A stretch of 64,000 nt of DNA from an uncultured Verrucomicrobiae bacterium (lineage in GTDB: Bacteria > Chlamydiota > Chlamydiia > Chlamydiales > Rhabdochlamydiaceae), in contig CAWDYW010000002.1 in the NCBI GenBank assembly GCA_963806855.1, positions 96,001 to 160,000 of the forward strand, read 5' to 3'. Of the stretch, positions 58,232 to 64,000 are shown one piece after another. The notes under the pieces were generated by a model. The model had not been told where the DNA came from, ran no database searches, and saw only the letters and a program-made list of their open reading frames with translations. The position numbers and the translations under genes are program-made. Within the stretch, counting starts at the first letter, position 1. Each line of letters begins with the position of its first letter.

Positions 58232-61009
58232 TTAAAATAAATTCAATTTTTTACTTGTCTCGATCAATTGGCTTTCGATCTGCTTTAGCTGATGGCGGAA
58301 CTCATCGACCAGCTCTTTGGGGGCCTTTTCGATGAATTTTTCGTTGGCGAGCTTGGTCCGCAATTGCTGCTCTTGTTGAATCAGTTTTTCTTGTTGCTTA
58401 ACCAGGCGCAGGCGCTCTTTCTCCTTCATCTCCTCGGGCAGGGGGATGATGAGTGTGAGCCCTTCGATCACGCTCGTCGCAGAGAATCCACTCGGCTCTC
58501 CCATTTCGATTTTTCCGATGCGCACGAGGGCTTTGAGCATCCCCGCATTTTGCTGGACTAAGGCGAGGGTGGGGTCCGCTTTGGGCGCTTTGAGGAGCAG
58601 GTCGGTGGTGATATTGGGGGCAAGCTGCATCTCGGCGCGGATATTGCGGACGGCGTGGACGACTCGATCCATCAGGGCGAAGGTCGCTTCAATTTCGGGG
58701 TTGATATCGGCTTCGGCAATGACGGTCGGGTAGGGGGCGACGATGCAGGCGGGTGCGGCGAGGGCCTGGAGAGTTTCGGCCAGATAGGGCTCGTGGCAGC
58801 TGCCTGAGGGGATTTTTTCCTTGAGCTGGCTGAAGAGCTCTTCGGTGACGAATGGGGCCATCGGATGGAAGAGGCGGATCAAATTGCAGAGGACGACCAA
58901 AAGGATGCGCTGTTTGTTGGCGCGTAGCTCGGGGGTGCCGGTTTTGCCGAAGAGGGTTGGCTTGACCAGTTCGAGATAGTAGGCGCAAAACTCATCCCAG
59001 AAGAAGCGGTAGGCCTCTTGCGCGACCCGATCGAAGGCGTAGTTTGCTAAATGGGTGTTGATTTCGGCGGTCACTTTGTTGAGGCGGGAGAGGATCCATT
59101 GATCTTCGAGGGAGAGGAGCTTTTGATCGATGCCATTTCCAATCGAGAGATCTTCTAGATGGAGGAAAACGAAACGGGCGCCATTCCACATCTTGTTGAT
59201 GAAGTTTTTGTATTCTTCAAAGCGGCGCAGATCGAGGTCGATTTGGCGGGCGTGGGTCGCGACCGAGCAGAGGGCGAGGCGCATCGCATCGGTTCCATAA
59301 TTCTCGATGATTTCGATCGGGTCGATGACGTTGCCTTTCGACTTGGACATCTTTTCCCATTTCGAATGCACTTCCGGCGGCAGGGGAGCCCCTAAATCAT
59401 AGGCATGCCGCTGCTTCGCGTCGACATAGGCGACGCCCCCATCTTTGTTGTAGGTCCAGTACGATTTTCCGTAGATGAGGCCATGGACAAAGGTCTCGGG
59501 GAAGGGGAGCTCGCCGGTGGCATATTCGCCCATGAGCAGCATCCGGGCTACCCAGAAAAAGAGGATGTCGTGCCCCGTGATCAAGACGCTATTGGGATAG
59601 AATTTGGCCATGTCGGGAGTTTTGTCGGGCCAGCCTAAGACGCTGAAGGGCCATAATCCAGATGAAAACCAGGTGTCGAGCACATCTTCATCTTGTCGCC
59701 AGGCAGAAGGGTTTTGCTCGACTTCGGGAGGGACGTCGACCGAGCAGATCATCTTGCCTTCATCGTTTGTCCAAATGGGGATCCGGTGCCCCCACCAAAG
59801 CTGTCGCGATATGCACCAGTCGCGCAAGTTGTCGATCCAGTGGAAGTAGGTGTTTTCCCAATCTTTGGGGATCAGCTTCACTTTGCCATCGCGGACGGCT
59901 GAAATCAGCGGCTCCTTGAAGGCGCTCATTTTGACGAACCACTGCTTGGAGAGGTAGGGCTCGATCACGGCCTTGGAGCGGTAGGAGACTCCGACCCGAT
60001 TGTGGTAGGCTTCGACTTTTTCCATGAAGCCGAGGAATTTGATTTTGTCGGTGACCTCTTTGCGCGCCTCCTCCATGGTGAGTCCAACAAACTGCCCCCC
60101 ATTTTCGTTGATCTTCCCATCGGGGGTCATGATGTTGATCATCGGCAGATTGTGCCGCAGACCCATCTCATAGTCGTTTGGGTCGTGGGCAGGAGTAATC
60201 TTGACGACCCCGGTACCAAACGTGGGATCGACATAGGAGTCAGCGATAATGGGGATCTCCCGATCGGCAAGCGGGAGCATGATCGTCTTGCCAATCAGAT
60301 GGCGATACCTTTCATCATCTGGATGGACGGCGACCGCAGTATCGCCGAGCATCGTCTCGGGCCGCGTCGTCGCCACGACCAAAAAGGCGCTTCTGTCGGT
60401 GAGCGGATAGCGCATATGCCATAGATGGGAGGCCCGATCTTCATATTCCACTTCATCATCGGCAAGCGCCGTCTGCGTGACCGGGTCCCAATTGACTAGA
60501 TAGTCGCCAAGATAGATGAGTCCCGCGTCGAACATCTTTTTAAACATCGTCCGGACAGCGCGCGCCCTGGGCTCATCCATCGTGAACGCAAGCCGATCCC
60601 AGTCGCACGAACAGCCGAGCCGCTTCAGCTGATCGAGGATCTGCCGCTGGCTCGTCTCTTTCCACTGCCAAATGAGCTCGAGAAACTCCTCTCGAGAAAA
60701 GTCTTTACGCCGCTTGCCCGTCTTGGCCATCTGGTTCCGTTCGACGACAGTCTGTGTCGCAATTCCGGCGTGGTCGGTCCCTGGCACCCAGAGCGCCTCA
60801 AACCCCTGCATCCGCTTCCATCGGATCAGCACATCCTGCAGCGTATCGACAAGAGCGTGTCCCATATGCAACACCCCGGTTACATTCGGCGGCGGGATGG
60901 AGATGCAATAGGCAGGCTTCTTCGAGTGGGCGTCAGCTTTAAAATAGCCCCCTTGCTCCCAGAATGGGTACCACTTTTGCTCGATCTCTTTAGGTTCGTA
61001 TGCGCTCAT
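58232..61009 (-). CDS. valS: Valine--tRNA ligase
   Basis: PPPNVTGVLHMGHA, DWCISRQLWWGH, KMSKS, C-terminal coiled coil. Confidence 0.99.
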   Translation of the reverse strand: MSAYEPKEIEQKWYPFWEQGGYFKADAHSKKPAYCISIPPPNVTGVLHMGHALVDTLQDVLIRWKRMQGFEALWVPGTDHAGIATQTVVERNQMAKTGKRRKDFSREEFLELIWQWKETSQRQILDQLKRLGCSCDWDRLAFTMDEPRARAVRTMFKKMFDAGLIYLGDYLVNWDPVTQTALADDEVEYEDRASHLWHMRYPLTDRSAFLVVATTRPETMLGDTAVAVHPDDERYRHLIGKTIMLPLADREIPIIADSYVDPTFGTGVVKITPAHDPNDYEMGLRHNLPMINIMTPDGKINENGGQFVGLTMEEARKEVTDKIKFLGFMEKVEAYHNRVGVSYRSKAVIEPYLSKQWFVKMSAFKEPLISAVRDGKVKLIPKDWENTYFHWIDNLRDWCISRQLWWGHRIPIWTNDEGKMICSVDVPPEVEQNPSAWRQDEDVLDTWFSSGLWPFSVLGWPDKTPDMAKFYPNSVLITGHDILFFWVARMLLMGEYATGELPFPETFVHGLIYGKSYWTYNKDGGVAYVDAKQRHAYDLGAPLPPEVHSKWEKMSKSKGNVIDPIEIIENYGTDAMRLALCSVATHARQIDLDLRRFEEYKNFINKMWNGARFVFLHLEDLSIGNGIDQKLLSLEDQWILSRLNKVTAEINTHLANYAFDRVAQEAYRFFWDEFCAYYLELVKPTLFGKTGTPELRANKQRILLVVLCNLIRLFHPMAPFVTEELFSQLKEKIPSGSCHEPYLAETLQALAAPACIVAPYPTVIAEADINPEIEATFALMDRVVHAVRNIRAEMQLAPNITTDLLLKAPKADPTLALVQQNAGMLKALVRIGKIEMGEPSGFSATSVIEGLTLIIPLPEEMKEKERLRLVKQQEKLIQQEQQLRTKLANEKFIEKAPKELVDEFRHQLKQIESQLIETSKKLNLF

Positions 61010-61515
61010 TACTGTGTTGCTTGCTCTTCCGCTTTAGGCATAGGGAATCCCGAATACCATTTAGAATAGGTCGTCATGTTAGATAACAATCGGACGATGT
61101 TGTCTCGGTGCTTCTCAATATCATTAAAATATTCGACAAGGGTGTCGTTTTCGGCAAGGTTATCCATTCCGATCAGCTGGCTGGCAGATCCAATCGAGTT
61201 AATGAATGCAAATTTTGAAAAGATGTTATAATAAAGAGCCTTACCGGTCATTCCAATAGTCAGTGCAGTGTAGATGATCGTGGTCCGAAACGGCTCAAAC
61301 GAGTTTCCGGTGATAAAGTAATAGGGAACGATGACGAAAGAGAATAGGGCCCGCGCGACTAGCTCGACCACTTCGGCGACGCACAGGGCAGCGAGGAGGA
61401 TCTCGTTTTTGGTATAGTCGAGAAAATCGGCCTTCTCATCGATCACCTCGAGATCGCGCTGTGTGATGAGTTCCCATGCTTTGACTGCGAAATATGGTTC
61501 TTGGATATAGCTCAT
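61009..61515 (-). CDS. Hypothetical membrane protein (168 aa)
   Basis: Hydrophobic core; GAGGGG RBS; stop overlaps the valS start. Confidence 0.7.
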   Translation of the reverse strand: MSYIQEPYFAVKAWELITQRDLEVIDEKADFLDYTKNEILLAALCVAEVVELVARALFSFVIVPYYFITGNSFEPFRTTIIYTALTIGMTGKALYYNIFSKFAFINSIGSASQLIGMDNLAENDTLVEYFNDIEKHRDNIVRLLSNMTTYSKWYSGFPMPKAEEQATQ

Positions 61516-61605
61516 AGTGAATTCCCCTCTTTGGTTGATAATTTTTTATTTCCTAGTGAGCATAGCAGAGTGCTCAATATAGAAACAAGAGAAGAGCATT
61601 AACCA

Positions 61606-62100
61606 TCATTTCTTCAGAAAAGCTGCGATGCTAAAAGCACCACTTCCGATGGTAATTATACCCAAGACTAATCCAAAACTAGCCCCCCCTACTGATCCAT
61701 AGGACGAATAGGCCAAAGATGCCATCACCAAAAAGTTAATCGTCTTTGCGACCGCGCTGATGACTTGATCGGCGACGGCTGCGCAATTTTTCATCGACTC
61801 ATTTCCATAATTTTGAACTAGAGTGTTAATCACCGGCGTAGATAGCAACACTGCCACCCCTGCGAAGGCAATCGGATGAAATAGACCAACACGAACGTAA
61901 GAGGTTAATATCACGATGAATGCCGCGGTTGCAACCTGAGCACATTTTGTAACCAGTAACGCAAGGTCCCGCAATACTGGATGCGCATCCTTATCAATTG
62001 TTTTAGCAAGATATTCTCCACCAGCTCCTGCCAGCACAAAGGCAGAACCTGCCAATATGCCAACTGCTACTATATCAGCTTCAGCACCACCATGACTCAT
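61606..62100 (-). CDS. Hypothetical multi-pass membrane protein (164 aa)
   Basis: Highly hydrophobic ORF with AAGGAG RBS. Confidence 0.72.
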   Translation of the reverse strand: MSHGGAEADIVAVGILAGSAFVLAGAGGEYLAKTIDKDAHPVLRDLALLVTKCAQVATAAFIVILTSYVRVGLFHPIAFAGVAVLLSTPVINTLVQNYGNESMKNCAAVADQVISAVAKTINFLVMASLAYSSYGSVGGASFGLVLGIITIGSGAFSIAAFLKK

Positions 62101-62234
62101 AGTATAACTCCTTTAATTAAAGTATTAATGTGAGTATTATATGATATATTGCAATTAATGAAAAGGATGGTTTTTCTAAAATTATTTATGTTAAAAACAA
62201 CTGTTTTCTACTATAAGGAATAGTGGAGAGCACA

Positions 62235-63557
62235 TTATCCACCTATTCGATTGAAGCCTCTAAAAAGCCACTTAGAATACGGGCAGTAGCCGGCCTGCCA
62301 ACGGTTGTATAGGAGCTTATTCCATTTTCGCCTTGCTTTGAATTGGGCAAGGGACTCTAGCTCTTTCTTTTCTTTGACAGCTGAAAATGTCTCAGGAGTG
62401 ATTGCTTTGTAGTGCTGCACGGCGGTCCAGTCGGTGAAAATTTTGCTCTCTAATCTGGCTTGTTTGAGATCGGAGAGAAGCATGGCCCAAGCAAAGCGTA
62501 AAGCAGCTTTTTTAGATGCAAGAGAGCAGCAGTCATGACCTTTTGAAAATCCAGGAGCGATAGAGGCGAACTCTTTGCAAAGGGCATCTTTTTCGGCCTG
62601 CCCCGTAGGAGAGAGTTTGGCTGGCAATGTTCGATAGAAATATTGTCGAGCCGATTCTTCGTCTTTCAAGGGAAATGAATTAATTTCCCTATCGATTTCC
62701 ATAGTAAATAGGGAGTGGTCAATCTTATAAACCTCAAGAGTTGTATATTCAGGATAGGCACCTGTCCCGCGATTGCCAACTGCCATATAGTCACCATAAA
62801 AGGCGAGAGCAATAGCATGAGAATACCAACCTGCCGATTTAAAGGTGAGCTTTCGATCCTGAATTCTGGCAACGATTTTCTTAGTGGACTTTTCACTATA
62901 GGCTGAAGACAATGCTTCTTGAAGGATTGCTGCCTTCTCTGAGCCCAGTTGGTGATGTTTAAAATCGTCTGACTCTTGGAACTTGGCGAGTGCACCCGCA
63001 AGAGAGTCAAACATCCAGGTGCCCGAAGTTCCTTGGAGATCGAAGGAATTTCCATGAACTTCAACAGTGCTTTTCCATCCGAGCCAATGAGAAAGAGTCT
63101 TAAGCTCCAAATAACTTTTTTCATAGTCATTGAACTCAAAAAAAGGCTTTAATTTGAGAGAACCCCAAAGTCGACTGTAGTTCAAAGAGTCAGTACTCAA
63201 ATTTGGGTGAATCTTATGAATATCGGACATATCGATCAAACTTGAAGTAATATTTTTGACAAAGGGATTAATAAGAAGGGCTTGAATACTACATAATGCT
63301 ACATTAGACACAATTAGAAATTCAAGGCTCGGGTCCTCACCAAACAAATTGGCGAGGAAAGCAAGGGAGCTGCGGATAACAAAGTCTATGCAGGCGATTA
63401 GGGCTATTCCTATGAGTGCTAGTTCGGTCGCGACCCGTCCAATTAAGCCATTATTTTCATTTCGCCATGCGCAAATATCAAAAAGGAATTCCCCATAGCT
63501 CGGAAATTCGATCCCGATGAAGTCGGCGTGGGTATAATATGAACAGCATTTAAGCAT
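62235..63557 (-). CDS. Effector-like protein: N-terminal membrane hairpin plus a putative cysteine-protease-like domain
   Basis: GWYSHAI, GNRG and GHDCC motifs. Confidence 0.7.
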   Translation of the reverse strand: MLKCCSYYTHADFIGIEFPSYGEFLFDICAWRNENNGLIGRVATELALIGIALIACIDFVIRSSLAFLANLFGEDPSLEFLIVSNVALCSIQALLINPFVKNITSSLIDMSDIHKIHPNLSTDSLNYSRLWGSLKLKPFFEFNDYEKSYLELKTLSHWLGWKSTVEVHGNSFDLQGTSGTWMFDSLAGALAKFQESDDFKHHQLGSEKAAILQEALSSAYSEKSTKKIVARIQDRKLTFKSAGWYSHAIALAFYGDYMAVGNRGTGAYPEYTTLEVYKIDHSLFTMEIDREINSFPLKDEESARQYFYRTLPAKLSPTGQAEKDALCKEFASIAPGFSKGHDCCSLASKKAALRFAWAMLLSDLKQARLESKIFTDWTAVQHYKAITPETFSAVKEKKELESLAQFKARRKWNKLLYNRWQAGYCPYSKWLFRGFNRIGG

Positions 63558-63658
63558 GCCAAAGGTTATAGCAGAACTACAGTTGTTTTTGAATCGATTT
63601 CACCGACTTCTTAAGCCCTCAGCATTAAGGGGGCAAAATTTTCCCTATCCTGAAAGTG

Positions 63659-64000
63659 TCAATCTTTGTCTTGTATCTGAAGCAGCTCGCTAAAATCTAT
63701 CAATTTAATAAAATAATCGGCATCAACAAGAGCATCTGTTAATCCATTTAAATGAATTAATACTGGAACAGCTGAATATCCCTTAGGAATTTTCAATGCT
63801 TTTAATTTGGCTTTCATTTCTTTTATTACTTCGGGGGTAATCGGATGATGAGAAAACTTGATTTCACAGACATACAGAGTATTATACCGTGTTTGAATCA
63901 TATAATCAATTTGACAACCGGCCCTTTTTGATGATTTTGATTGATAATATGGATTTTCGAAAACAATATCCTCTACCTCAATCCCTAATTCATTCCATAT
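63659..64000 (-). CDS. 3' end of an AAA-ATPase / PD-(D/E)XK fusion protein (partial)
   Basis: GCQIDYMIQTRYNTLYVCEIKFS nuclease-like C-terminus; continues beyond the window. Confidence 0.75.
   Translation of the reverse strand: MWNELGIEVEDIVFENPYYQSKSSKRAGCQIDYMIQTRYNTLYVCEIKFSHHPITPEVIKEMKAKLKALKIPKGYSAVPVLIHLNGLTDALVDADYFIKLIDFSELLQIQDKD

Overview
This is a chromosomal window from an environmental member of the Chlamydiae. It carries the conserved chlamydial backbone: sufE, infA, tRNA-Thr, tuf, tRNA-Trp, secE, nusG, rplKAJL, rpoBC, tal, the V/A-type ATPase operon (E, DUF2764, A, B, D, I, K) and valS. Metabolic genes (glgB, fumC, msrB, DAHP synthase, a P-type ATPase, an ABC-2 pair, a TPP enzyme) and many AT-richer effector-like genes (U-box, F-box/LRR, Inc-like, OGFr-like, protease-like) are interspersed. 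Many essential genes are frameshifted, most likely from assembly error. The most unusual signal is at the junctions of the accessory genes. They carry short 'scars' that are diverged copies of neighbouring genes, with mostly synonymous differences: the valS 3' end three times, the OGFr-like 3' end twice, EamA twice, most of atpK once and the rpoC terminator once. Small palindromic elements often sit next to these scars. This suggests a repeated gene-stacking process at the ends of housekeeping genes. One palindromic element is inserted in-frame inside a NUDIX gene, like a Rickettsia palindromic element. All alignments were done by eye and no searches were run.
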